DNA of 64,000 nucleotides from Pyrinomonadaceae bacterium (GTDB taxonomy: Bacteria; Acidobacteriota; Blastocatellia; Pyrinomonadales; Pyrinomonadaceae): NCBI GenBank assembly GCA_036392495.1, contig DASVXV010000163.1, positions 2,951 through 66,950 on the forward strand, in the 5' to 3' direction. Below, piece after piece: positions 26,326 to 35,473 of the stretch. The stretch's first letter is position 1, and each line of letters opens with the position of its first letter. The notes beneath the pieces were generated by a model. It was not told where the DNA came from and ran no database searches. It saw only the letters and a program-made list of their open reading frames with translations. Made by a program: the position numbers and the translations under genes.

Positions 26326-28437
26326 TCAGTTGACGTAGCCGTCGTTACCGTCCTCGCCGTCGCCGCCGCCATCCTCTCCGCCCGCGTCTGTCGTCTCCTC
26401 TGTCAGGACCGCATACGCGGGCGGAGCGCTCTCCTCTTCGAGACTCCAAATCTCGTATAGCTCGGGCGGGACTTCAGTGACAAAGCGCGACGGTTTTTGA
26501 AGGACCGTCTGGCGATTGTAGTCCGTGACCATCAAAGGATAGGTGATGTAAAGCTGCTCTGCGGCGCGCGTCAGTGCGACGTACCAGAGGCGGCGCTCCT
26601 CCTCTTCGCCCTCCGCGTCACGAAGCGAGCGCGGGCTGGGGAATTTGCCGTCGGCCGCCCAGAGGATGAAGACCGCGCGCCACTCCAGGCCCTTCGCCTG
26701 GTGCACGGACGTTAAGGTCAGCATCTCGTCCTCGTCGCTTCCCAGAACGACGTCTTCGCCCGTCAGGGCCTGCGGCGCGCTGTAACGCTCGGTCGAGAGC
26801 AACGCGAGCTCGCCCAGGAACTCTTCCGTAGAGTTGTAGCGCGCGCTGTAGAGCGCCAGCTGCCGCAAATCTTCGAGGCGCGCCTCTGCATTTTCGTAGT
26901 TGCTCGCCAGATACGATTCGTAGCCGCGCGCGAGAATCATCTCGATCTGCCGCGAAGGCGCGTTGCGCGTCTCGTCCCCCACCAGTGCTTCAAGCAGCGC
27001 GAGGAACTCCGTCCACCCGCCCCCGCGTTTCGGAGCGGCCTGGAAATCTGCGCGCCTGACGAGCGCGAGCGGGTCCGGCGCGTAGGCCAATTGCTCCCAG
27101 ATTCTGCCGGCGGTCGCCGGACCGACGTTCGGAATCAGGCGCAGGACGCGCTTCCAGGCCAGCTCGTCGCGTGGGTTTGTGACGAGGCGCAGGTACGAGA
27201 CGACGTCCTTGATGTGCGCCTGCTCGAAGAAACGCACGCCGCTGCGGACGCGATACGGGATACCGCGCCGCGTCAGCTCCAGTTGCAGTTCGAGCGAATG
27301 ATAGTGAGAGCGGTAGAGCACTGCCGTCTCTTCGAGCGGGATGCCTTCGTCCCGTAGCTCAAGAATGCGCGCGGCTGTAAAGGCTGCCTGCTGGTCCGCG
27401 TCGCGGCAAGGGATGAGAGCCGGGGGCTGCCCCTTCGAGTCGCGCGCCGGACGCAGGGTTTTGGGAAACTGTTTGCGGTTCGAACTGATTGAGACGTTGG
27501 CGAGCGCCAGGATTTCGGGCGTGGAGCGATAGTTGGTCTCCAGGCGATAGACGCGCGCCTCCGGGTAGCGCGACGGAAACTCGTAGATGTTCGTAAACTC
27601 CGCGCCGCGCCAGGCGTAAATGCTCTGCGCGTCGTCGCCGACGACCATCACGTTGCGGTGTTTGATGCCCAGCAAATCAACAATCTCCGCCTGGAGCTTG
27701 TTCGTATCCTGGTATTCGTCAACCAGGATGTGCTGGAACTGGTCCGCATAAAGCGCCGCGATGTCCGCCTTCTCCATCAAGAGGCGTTTCCAGTTGAGCA
27801 GCAGGTCGTCATAGTCCATCACGTTGCGCTCACGCTTGCGCGCCATGTAGATCGCGTCAACGCGCTTGATAGCTTGCGTCAGCGGCTCGAAATGCGGGTA
27901 GCGGCGCGCGACCACGTCTTCCAGGGGACGGTCCGTATTGTTGGCGAAGCTGATCAGGTCCTGCAAGATTTCCGCCTTCGGAAAACGGCGCGCCTTTGTG
28001 TCAATGCCCGCTTCGTCCACGCAGGCCGAGAGGAAATCTTTCGAGTCTTCCGAATCGAGAATCGAGTAGTTGGACTCAAAACCGATTGACGCGGCGTGGC
28101 GACGCAGGATGAGATTGGCGATGCGGTGGAACGTCCCGCCCCAGACACGGCGCACGTCGCCGCCGCTCGTCAGAGTTTCGACGCGGCGGAGCATCTCGCG
28201 CGCCGCCCGGTTAGTGAAGGTCGCGAGCATGATGCGCGCGGGAGCGACCCCCTGCTCAATGAGGTAAGCGACGCGGTAGGTGACGGCGCGCGTCTTGCCG
28301 GAGCCAGCGCCCGCGACGACCAGGGCAGCCCCCGGCGACCCCGTGGCGACCGCGAACTGCTCCTCGTTGAGTTCCGCGCGATAGCGGGCCAAACGGTCCG
28401 GCTGCACTGCGCCGCGTTTGATGACGTAGCGTGTCAT
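26326..28437 (-). CDS. UvrD/PcrA/Rep-type SF1 DNA helicase
   Basis: AGAGSGKT Walker A, TFTNRAAREM, VDEYQDTN and VGDDAQSIYAWRGA motifs. Acidic Gly/Asp tail. Confidence 0.9.
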   Translation of the reverse strand: MTRYVIKRGAVQPDRLARYRAELNEEQFAVATGSPGAALVVAGAGSGKTRAVTYRVAYLIEQGVAPARIMLATFTNRAAREMLRRVETLTSGGDVRRVWGGTFHRIANLILRRHAASIGFESNYSILDSEDSKDFLSACVDEAGIDTKARRFPKAEILQDLISFANNTDRPLEDVVARRYPHFEPLTQAIKRVDAIYMARKRERNVMDYDDLLLNWKRLLMEKADIAALYADQFQHILVDEYQDTNKLQAEIVDLLGIKHRNVMVVGDDAQSIYAWRGAEFTNIYEFPSRYPEARVYRLETNYRSTPEILALANVSISSNRKQFPKTLRPARDSKGQPPALIPCRDADQQAAFTAARILELRDEGIPLEETAVLYRSHYHSLELQLELTRRGIPYRVRSGVRFFEQAHIKDVVSYLRLVTNPRDELAWKRVLRLIPNVGPATAGRIWEQLAYAPDPLALVRRADFQAAPKRGGGWTEFLALLEALVGDETRNAPSRQIEMILARGYESYLASNYENAEARLEDLRQLALYSARYNSTEEFLGELALLSTERYSAPQALTGEDVVLGSDEDEMLTLTSVHQAKGLEWRAVFILWAADGKFPSPRSLRDAEGEEEERRLWYVALTRAAEQLYITYPLMVTDYNRQTVLQKPSRFVTEVPPELYEIWSLEEESAPPAYAVLTEETTDAGGEDGGGDGEDGNDGYVN

Positions 28438-28444
28438 GACAACA

Positions 28445-28534
28445 CAGAATTCAGGAGCCAGAATCCAGAATCCAGAATTTTAAAGCGGAAGCCACTTTAG
28501 CAGATTTTCTTTTCTTCTGGCCTCCGGATTCTGA
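28445..28534. repeat. heptad-stem hairpin (CAGAATC units), imperfect
   Basis: cagaattcaggagccagaatccagaatccagaa ... ttctggcctccggattctg. The loop ends in a T-rich tract. Confidence 0.7.
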
Positions 28535-28541
28535 CTTTCAG

Positions 28542-28697
28542 CAGGGTCTATTCATTTTCGGAGATTGAGGAAAGTAGAGCAATAGGACTGTCCACGAAGC
28601 CACACGAAACGACACTAAATTGTCGTGGTTTGTTTCGTGTCGTTTCGTGTGGCGCGCGTGGATTGTTCCTTGTTCCGCCGAGTATGAATAGACCCTG
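28542..28697. repeat. 156-bp nested inverted-repeat element (MITE-like or structured RNA)
   Basis: 14-bp perfect terminal IR cagggtctattcat / atgaatagaccctg. Inner hairpin gccacacgaaacgacac...gtgtcgtttcgtgtggc. CTTTCAG direct repeats at 28535-28541 and 28700-28706 (2-nt offset on the right). Confidence 0.55.
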
Positions 28698-28785
28698 GGC
28701 TTTCAGAATTCCGCCTTTTCTTGTTAGGATGAATGGCGTACCAACTTTCAAACTTTCATCCAATCCGGAAGAGAGGTTAAGCGAG

Positions 28786-29091
28786 ATGAAATTCCCAGGC
28801 GGGCTGAACATTCAGCAGATGATGAAGCAGGCGCAACAGATGCAGGAGAAGATGGCGCGCGAGATGGAGGAGCTGGTCGTCGAGGCTTCCTCGGGCGGAG
28901 GCGTCGTCACGGTCCAGATGAAGGGCACGCACGAGGTCGTGGGACTCAAGATTGACCCGGAGGCCGTCAAGGAAGACGACATCGAGATGCTTCAGGACAT
29001 GATCGTCGCCGCCGTCAACGAAGCGAACCGCAAGATTGATGAAGCCATGAAAGGCAAACTGGGCGGCATGCTCCCGCCAGGACTTCTCTAA
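28786..29091 (+). CDS. ybaB: YbaB/EbfC family nucleoid-associated protein
   Basis: [23 protein letters not shown]..., 101 aa. The track ORF start at 28630 is over-extended. Confidence 0.9.
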   Translation: MKFPGGLNIQQMMKQAQQMQEKMAREMEELVVEASSGGGVVTVQMKGTHEVVGLKIDPEAVKEDDIEMLQDMIVAAVNEANRKIDEAMKGKLGGMLPPGLL

Positions 29092-29575
29092 AAAAGGGGT
29101 CGGGGGCCAGGGGTCGGGGGCCGGAAAGCGTGGAGGCGTGTATGGCTATCAATAGTTTCCGCGATCTCAGGGTCTGGCAGGCAGGGATGGAGTTAGTAGA
29201 ACAGGTATATCTTCTAACGCAGGCATTCCCTAAACAGGAGATTTATGGATTAACCAGTCAGATTCAGCGCGCTGCCGTTTCCGTCCCTTCAAATATTGCT
29301 GAAGGACACACGAGAGAACATAGCAAAGAATTCTTACACCACTTGTCAATGGCTCAAGCGTCCTTGGCTGAGCTAGAAACTCAATTGGAAATAGCGGCGC
29401 GCTTGAAGTATATCTTACCCGATAAGCTTGAGCGGACTCTTCAGCAAGTTGCTTCATTAGGCAAGCAACTTTATGCCCTGCGGAATGCTTTAATGAGAGG
29501 ATACAAAGAATAGTGGTCGGATGTTAATAGAAGCCTTTCACCGGCCCCTGGCCCCTGGCCCCCGACCCCTTTTTA
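29091..29575. repeat. 34-bp heptad inverted repeat (family F) enclosing the four-helix-bundle gene
   Basis: Left arm aaaaaggggtcgggggccaggggtcgggggccgg (29091-29124). Right arm ccggcccctggcccctggcccccgaccccttttt (29541-29574). 31 of 34 positions complementary, 416-nt 'loop'. Confidence 0.9.
29142..29513 (+). CDS. four-helix-bundle protein (23S rRNA intervening-sequence protein family, TIGR02436-like)
   Basis: FRDLRVWQ..., YGLTSQIQRAAVSVPSNIAEG, EFLHHLSMAQASLAELETQL are hallmark motifs. ATG at 29142 after GGAGG. Clearly AT-richer codon usage than the flanking genes. Confidence 0.85.
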   Translation: MAINSFRDLRVWQAGMELVEQVYLLTQAFPKQEIYGLTSQIQRAAVSVPSNIAEGHTREHSKEFLHHLSMAQASLAELETQLEIAARLKYILPDKLERTLQQVASLGKQLYALRNALMRGYKE

Positions 29576-29578
29576 ATC

Positions 29579-30192
<614 letters not shown>

Positions 30193-30193
<1 letters not shown>

Positions 30194-30288
30194 AAGGCAA
30201 AAGGGAAAAGGTAAAAGGCAAAAGGGAAGACCAGAGAGCGCATCTTTCGTCCTCACTTTTGCCTTTTTACTTTTTCCTTTTGCCTTTC
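30193..30288. repeat. heptad-stem hairpin, family C (AAAAGGN units)
   Basis: gaaggcaaaagggaaaaggtaaaaggcaaaaggg / loop / cttttgcctttttactttttccttttgcctttc, between convergent recR and the PRTase gene. Confidence 0.88.
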
Positions 30289-30898
30289 AGAATCTGACGT
30301 GCTCCTCTTTCACGCCCTCTTTGCAGTCCTTGCAATCTTCCGAGGTGTCGTACATGGGCGACTCGAAATCTATCAGCGACTTGATGGGGACGTCGCCGAT
30401 GCGGTCCGGCGCGGAGGTGAAGCGAACGATGGTGCCGCAGCCGATGATCTGCGCGCCGAGTTCCTGAACCAGTCCGACCGTCTCCTCGATCGCGTGGCCG
30501 CTGCGGATGATGTCGTCAACGATGATGCAGGGGTTGACTTCGCCCTGGTTGACGTACTGGCGAAACATGCGCTTGCCGTCCACCTCCCGCTCGGCCCAGT
30601 AAATCTGTTCGGCGTTCAAGGCCTCGCGCACCCCGAAGGCGACGGGGATGCCGCCGGAGCTGGGGGAGATGATGGCGACTTTGGGCAGCTGGCTGGAGAT
30701 GTCTCGGTCCACGCGAAACTTGCGCGAGAGCGCGACGGCCAGCACGCGCGCCGTGTCGTAGTAACGGAAGGCGAGCGGCATCTGAAAGTAGTGCGGCGTG
30801 TGTTTGCCGGACGGATAAACGAAGTGGCCCTCGCGGTAAGCGCCGGTGCGCTTCAGAATCTGCATCACGGCTTCGGGCGTCGGAATCAGGTTTACCAT
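30287..30898 (-). CDS. phosphoribosyltransferase family protein (PyrE-like)
   Basis: PRPP-binding motif CIIVDDIIRSGHA, 203 aa. Confidence 0.75.
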   Translation of the reverse strand: MVNLIPTPEAVMQILKRTGAYREGHFVYPSGKHTPHYFQMPLAFRYYDTARVLAVALSRKFRVDRDISSQLPKVAIISPSSGGIPVAFGVREALNAEQIYWAEREVDGKRMFRQYVNQGEVNPCIIVDDIIRSGHAIEETVGLVQELGAQIIGCGTIVRFTSAPDRIGDVPIKSLIDFESPMYDTSEDCKDCKEGVKEEHVRF

Positions 30899-30913
30899 TG
30901 TCGGTCTCCTGTA

Positions 30914-31007
30914 AGAAAAGTGATGAGTGATGAGTGATGAGTGATGAGTGATGAGTATTTTCGGTCGTCACTCATCACTCATCACTCATTACTCATCACT
31001 TCTTTTC
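30914..31007. repeat. heptad-stem hairpin (GATGAGT units)
   Basis: agaaaagtgatgagtgatgagtgatgagtgatgagtgatgagt / attttcggtcgt / cactcatcactcatcactcattactcatcacttctttt. Confidence 0.92.
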
Positions 31008-31022
31008 GTCCCACAGCATACA

Positions 31023-31496
31023 TCAATCGGCCCGTTTTGCTCCATCTTTGAGAGCGCGTTTGATGAGCTCGCGCTGGTCTTGGCTTAGTCCCTGCGGGAG
31101 GTGGTCGGGCGCAAACCATTCGATGCTTTCGATCTCTGCGTTGGGCCTCCCGGTCGGCCCTCGGGCGCGGCAGCGAAAGATGATCTCTATCTGCGTGGGC
31201 GTCTTCAGCGTCCGCACGAAGGCAATCTCGGCGCGCTCTATTTCCAGCTCAACCTCTTCGCGCAGCTCGCGCCTGAGGGCTTCTTCGGGCTGCTCGCCCT
31301 TTTCGATGAAGCCGCCGGGGATGCCCCAGCCCGAGCCCACGCGAAAACGATGTTCGAGCAGGAGCACGCGCCCCTCCTCGTCCGTGACGACCGCGCCCGC
31401 CGTCACAGTAAATCGCGGCTCGACCAGGCGCACGCTCCACCGCCGCAAACTCCTCGGCGCGCGACGCCACAGAGCACCGAGCATCTTCTTAAACAT
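31023..31496 (-). CDS. NUDIX hydrolase
   Basis: Nudix box GGFIEKGEQPEEALRRELREEVEL. Confidence 0.88.
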   Translation of the reverse strand: MFKKMLGALWRRAPRSLRRWSVRLVEPRFTVTAGAVVTDEEGRVLLLEHRFRVGSGWGIPGGFIEKGEQPEEALRRELREEVELEIERAEIAFVRTLKTPTQIEIIFRCRARGPTGRPNAEIESIEWFAPDHLPQGLSQDQRELIKRALKDGAKRAD

Positions 31497-31508
31497 GCGC
31501 CAGTCAAT

Positions 31509-31565
31509 ATAAAGGCAAAAGGAAAAAGGTAAAAGGCAAAACCGGGTGTTGGGCGCTTGCCTTTA
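31509..31565. repeat. family C heptad arm with truncated partner
   Basis: ataaaggcaaaaggaaaaaggtaaaaggcaaaa followed only by ttgccttt. Also about 85% complementary to the solo arm at 35371-35403. Confidence 0.7.
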
Positions 31566-31597
31566 ACGTTGGCAGAAAATCTCGTGAGGAATATAAT

Positions 31598-31840
31598 TTG
31601 AGCACCATGAAAGCCTATGAAGAGATTGTAGAGTTTATCGCACGTGGCACTACTCCTAACAACGTCGCTGCGTTCCGTCCTTCTGAGAGCGCCAAAGAGC
31701 GCGTGGCCGACTTGATACAGCGGGAGAAGAGCTCCAGCATTTCGCCCGAAGAAGAATCAGAGTTGAATCATTATCTTCAGCTAGAACATCTCATGAGATT
31801 GGCGAAAGCCCGCGCTCGTCAACATATCGCTAATGGCTGA
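31598..31840 (+). CDS. small hypothetical protein (antitoxin-like architecture)
   Basis: 80 aa, AT-rich. C-terminal LQLEHLMRLAKARARQ helix. TTG start 7 nt after GAGGA (alternative ATG at 31607). Confidence 0.5.
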   Translation: MSTMKAYEEIVEFIARGTTPNNVAAFRPSESAKERVADLIQREKSSSISPEEESELNHYLQLEHLMRLAKARARQHIANG

Positions 31841-31957
31841 TCGCGTAGGTTCAGAGCTGAGGCGACGCCTCGATAGCATTCTTTTTCATCCTTGCTTTAT
31901 TCTTCTCACCTTGAATGCTCGCGCGGGTCAATTCTGAGCGTTGGGCGGCATCGTTGA

Positions 31958-32401
31958 ATGATTGAGATGGAGAGCTTGCTTAAACATTGTCCGGTGGTCA
32001 TTGAAACACCTGTCGCCTGGGGAGAAATGGATGCTTTCCGTCATCTCAATAATACCGTTTACTTTCGCTTTTTCGAGAGCGCCAGAATCGCATACTTCGA
32101 GAGGTTGAATCTTTTGGACTATATGGAGGCGACAGGAGTTGGACCTATTCTGGCCTCGACCAGTTGCAGATTTAAGATACCGCTGACTTACCCGGATAAA
32201 GTTTCCATCGGGGCGCGCGTCTCAACAATCGAGGATGATCGCTTTACGATGGAGTATTACGTAGTCAGTCATAAGTACCGGAAAGTTGCCGCCGAAGGGA
32301 GTGGCTTAATAGTTACCTTCAACTACAAGGAGAACAAGAAGGCACCGCTTCCCGTGGAATTGAAACAGCGGATTGAAGAATTGGAAGCTTCAATCCGCTA
32401 A
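31958..32401 (+). CDS. acyl-CoA thioesterase (4HBT/YbgC-like hotdog fold)
   Basis: WGEMDAFRHLNNTVYFRFFESARIAYF motif, 147 aa. Confidence 0.8.
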   Translation: MIEMESLLKHCPVVIETPVAWGEMDAFRHLNNTVYFRFFESARIAYFERLNLLDYMEATGVGPILASTSCRFKIPLTYPDKVSIGARVSTIEDDRFTMEYYVVSHKYRKVAAEGSGLIVTFNYKENKKAPLPVELKQRIEELEASIR

Positions 32402-32484
32402 ACGCGCCGCCCAACAACTCATCGAACCGGAGGCTTCCCTCTGGTGGTTCCGAAGCTCTTCAGAGACGCGTAGGTGATCAGGTT

Positions 32485-33177
32485 ATGACGCAACACATAG
32501 GCATCGTGGCTGGCAGCGCGGAGGGCGCTGCTCTCTGTTATCGCACGATCTGTCTGGAGGCCCCGGCCGTCATGGGCGAGCATAACCACCCGGAGATCAC
32601 CATGAACTCTGTGCCACTGGCCGAACACATGCGCCATATCCGTGCGAACGACTGGAAGGCGTTAGCAGAGGTCTTAGCGGCTTCCGCCCATAAGGTCGCG
32701 CAGGCCGGGGCTGACTTCGCCATCTGCCCTGACAACACTTATCACCAGGCGTTCGAGTACTTGATTCCGCAGTCCCCTATTCCCTGGATACATATTGCCG
32801 GGGCAGTCGCCGAAGAAGCAGACCGCTTCGGCTACGCGCGGCTTGGCATCTTAGGGACCAAGTATCTGATGGAGGGGGGTGTCTATCCGGAGGTCTTAAA
32901 GGAGTTCAGGATAGAGAGCGAAATACCTGACGAGGCGGATAGAGAAAAGATTAATGAGATTATCTTCAAGCAGCTGGTCAACGGAATTTTTCCGGAAGCC
33001 TCCCGGTTATATTTCAATGAAGTGGCGGACAAGTTGAAGGTGCGCGGGTGTGATGCTGTGGTCCTCGGCTGCACCGAGATACCTCTAATCGTGCGCCCGG
33101 ACGATACTCCGCTGCCCACACTGGATTCGACACGCTTGCTCGCGAGAGCGGCCTTAAGGAGGGCTCTTGAGCAATAA
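32485..33177 (+). CDS. aspartate/glutamate racemase family protein
   Basis: Two-Cys racemase pattern including VVLGCTEIPLIV. Confidence 0.8.
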   Translation: MTQHIGIVAGSAEGAALCYRTICLEAPAVMGEHNHPEITMNSVPLAEHMRHIRANDWKALAEVLAASAHKVAQAGADFAICPDNTYHQAFEYLIPQSPIPWIHIAGAVAEEADRFGYARLGILGTKYLMEGGVYPEVLKEFRIESEIPDEADREKINEIIFKQLVNGIFPEASRLYFNEVADKLKVRGCDAVVLGCTEIPLIVRPDDTPLPTLDSTRLLARAALRRALEQ

Positions 33178-33270
33178 GCAGGCACGCATCTTTGACATCT
33201 CAAACGCGAAGAGATAACCTCTTCAGACACTCACAAATTTTAATCTTGAAGGAGAGTTCTTTAAGAACTT

Positions 33271-33771
33271 ATGGCGAAGAGTGGACATAAGGGCATCAGC
33301 CGGATTGATTGCCCGCAGAGAAAGACAGTCGGCTGGTACGTCAGGGTCAGGCTCAAGAACGTTACTAAATCGAAGTTCATCAGCGACAGCACTCACGGTG
33401 GCAAAGAAGCGGCCCTGGAAAAAGCCGTCGAATGCCGCAACCGTTTGGAGGAAGAGCTGGGGAAACCGCGAACAGACTGGGTGGTCGTCGGCGATAACCC
33501 GCGCAACAAGAGCGGCGTCGTCGGCGTGCGCCGAGCGGTCAAGAAGTACAAAGGGAAAGACGGAAAGATTTACCTCAACGAAGTCTATCAGGTGTCCTGG
33601 CACGCCGGGAGAGAGAAGAAGGGGCAAACCTGCGTCTCAATCAGGAAGTATGGTGAAATGGGAGCTTTCCGTCGAGCGTGCGCGATTCGCAGGCAGAAAG
33701 AGGAAGAGATGTACGGGAAGGTCGTCGTGAGCAAGTGGGCGGAGGTCCTGGGCAAGGTGTGCGCCGCATAA
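33271..33771 (+). CDS. tandem AP2-domain DNA-binding protein
   Basis: Two AP2-like units: GISRIDCPQRKTVGWYVRV...GGKEAALEKAVECRN and SGVVGVRR...YQVSW...YGEMGAFRRACAIR. Confidence 0.6.
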   Translation: MAKSGHKGISRIDCPQRKTVGWYVRVRLKNVTKSKFISDSTHGGKEAALEKAVECRNRLEEELGKPRTDWVVVGDNPRNKSGVVGVRRAVKKYKGKDGKIYLNEVYQVSWHAGREKKGQTCVSIRKYGEMGAFRRACAIRRQKEEEMYGKVVVSKWAEVLGKVCAA

Positions 33772-33905
33772 CAACTCATTGAATCCGACCCGGCGCAGAT
33801 AGTATCCCGTTCATGCTGCTTCCTTGAGCTCAGGCGGTTATGATGTTGCCCGGCTGACTATAGGGAGTGAAACGGCAGCCCTCCGAAAAGAGGTGTTTCT
33901 CTATA

Positions 33906-34349
33906 ATGAGCAGCGCACATGAGAGCATGATGGGCATTCTCAAGCTGTATGAGTTGCGATCCGAAGCAAACATGCGGCGGGCCAGGGACTGGTTTGCCAC
34001 AGGCTTTTATCCCGAAAGCGCGCAGGACATTCTCAGCGTGCTCACGAGCGAACACAGCGCGGATTTTCGGATGGTCGCTTCATATTGGGACATGGCCGCG
34101 GCGTTCGTCGTCTTCGGGGCCATCAATGCGGAGATGTTCAATGCCATCAACACGGAGCACGTGGCCGTTTATGCCAAGCTTCAGCCTTTTCTTGAAGAGC
34201 TTCGCGCGATGCCGGGTATCCCGCCCTATCTCTATCTGAAGCATCTTGAGCCGGTGGTGCTGCGCATGAGTGACGCGGAAGAACGTGTGGCAGCGATGCG
34301 GCGGTATATGAAAAGCAGAAGAGCGTCCACGACAGAAGTGAAAGCATAA
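33906..34349 (+). CDS. hypothetical protein
   Basis: ORF 33867..34349. Start uncertain (ATG 33906 preferred). No family recognised. Confidence 0.5.
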   Translation: MSSAHESMMGILKLYELRSEANMRRARDWFATGFYPESAQDILSVLTSEHSADFRMVASYWDMAAAFVVFGAINAEMFNAINTEHVAVYAKLQPFLEELRAMPGIPPYLYLKHLEPVVLRMSDAEERVAAMRRYMKSRRASTTEVKA

Positions 34350-34396
34350 AAGCCTGTGCCGCATCGGATGTCGCGTCGAATGACCTGTGTGAATCT

Positions 34397-35365
34397 ATGA
34401 AAGCAATCAGAGTTGAGGCTTACGGCGGGCCTGATGCGCTCGTCCTCCAGGAGGTTGACAAACCTGTGCCTGAACCCGGCGAAGCTCTGGTCCGGATAGA
34501 GGCCATCGGCGTCAACTACATTGACGTTTATCACCGCACGGGGCTTTATCCTCTGCCGCTCCCCTTCACGCCGGGGACGGAAGCAGCGGGCACAGTGGAA
34601 GCGGTCGGCGATGGTGTGACCGAGTTCAAAGCGGGAGACAGAGTCGCTTATGCGATGGCCGTCGGTTCCTACGCGGAGTACGCGAGCGTGCCAGCCGCGC
34701 GGCTCGTCAAGCTGCCTGACGGGGTGGATGCGAAGACTGCTGCGGCGGCGATGTTGCAGGGCATGACGGCGCACTATCTTGTCACCTCGACTTACATGCT
34801 CAAAGCTAAGGACACGGCCCTCGTCCATGCCGCAGCAGGGGGTGTCGGCCTCCTGCTCATTCAGATGGCGAAGCGCATAGGTGCGCGCGTCATTGGCACG
34901 GTTTCGACCGAAGAGAAGGCGCAACTGGCGCGTGAGGCTGGCGCGGACGAAGTAATCATTTACACCGAACAGGATTTTCAGGAAGAGACCAGGCGGTTGA
35001 CCTCGGGTCGTGGCGTCGAGGTCGTTTATGACTCCGTCGGCAAGACGACTTTTATGAAGAGCCTCGATTCGCTCGCGCCGCGCGGGATGCTAGCGCTCTT
35101 CGGTCAATCGAGCGGTCCGGTTCCGCCCTTTGACGCAGCGCTGCTGGCGCAGAAGGGTTCGCTCTTTTTAACCAGGCCGAGCCTGGCGCAGTACACTGCG
35201 ACGCGGGAAGAGTTGCTGTGGCGAGCCGGAGACGTTCTCGCGTGGGTCGGCGCGGGCGAGTTGAAACTGCGCGTTGGCAAGACCTTCCCTCTCTCCGAAG
35301 TTGCGGAGGCGCACAGGCAGCTTGAAGGCAGAGAGACCACAGGGAAAGTCCTGCTAATTCCCTGA
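34397..35365 (+). CDS. NADPH:quinone oxidoreductase (MDR/zeta-crystallin family)
   Basis: [26 protein letters not shown] Rossmann motif, 322 aa. Confidence 0.88.
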   Translation: MKAIRVEAYGGPDALVLQEVDKPVPEPGEALVRIEAIGVNYIDVYHRTGLYPLPLPFTPGTEAAGTVEAVGDGVTEFKAGDRVAYAMAVGSYAEYASVPAARLVKLPDGVDAKTAAAAMLQGMTAHYLVTSTYMLKAKDTALVHAAAGGVGLLLIQMAKRIGARVIGTVSTEEKAQLAREAGADEVIIYTEQDFQEETRRLTSGRGVEVVYDSVGKTTFMKSLDSLAPRGMLALFGQSSGPVPPFDAALLAQKGSLFLTRPSLAQYTATREELLWRAGDVLAWVGAGELKLRVGKTFPLSEVAEAHRQLEGRETTGKVLLIP

Positions 35366-35370
35366 CCAAA

Positions 35371-35403
35371 CTTTTCCTTTTACGTTTTTCCGTTTACCTT
35401 TAT
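35371..35403. repeat. solo family C heptad arm
   Basis: cttttccttttacgtttttccgtttacctttat has no adjacent partner. 28 of 33 positions complementary to 31509-31541. Confidence 0.65.
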
Positions 35404-35473
35404 TATGAGCGGCAGTTCCCGAAAAGCTCTCTTTCTAGCCACGTGCGAACTCCTGTAAAAGGATAACGAGCCG

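Noticed and set aside
23954-28437. Protease-nuclease gene plus UvrD-type helicase as a two-gene defence system (Gabija- or Hachiman-like)
   Set aside because: The genes are convergent, not co-oriented. The helicase has the full canonical UvrD/PcrA motif set and looks housekeeping. No other defence genes are adjacent. I kept only the fusion protein itself as a finding.
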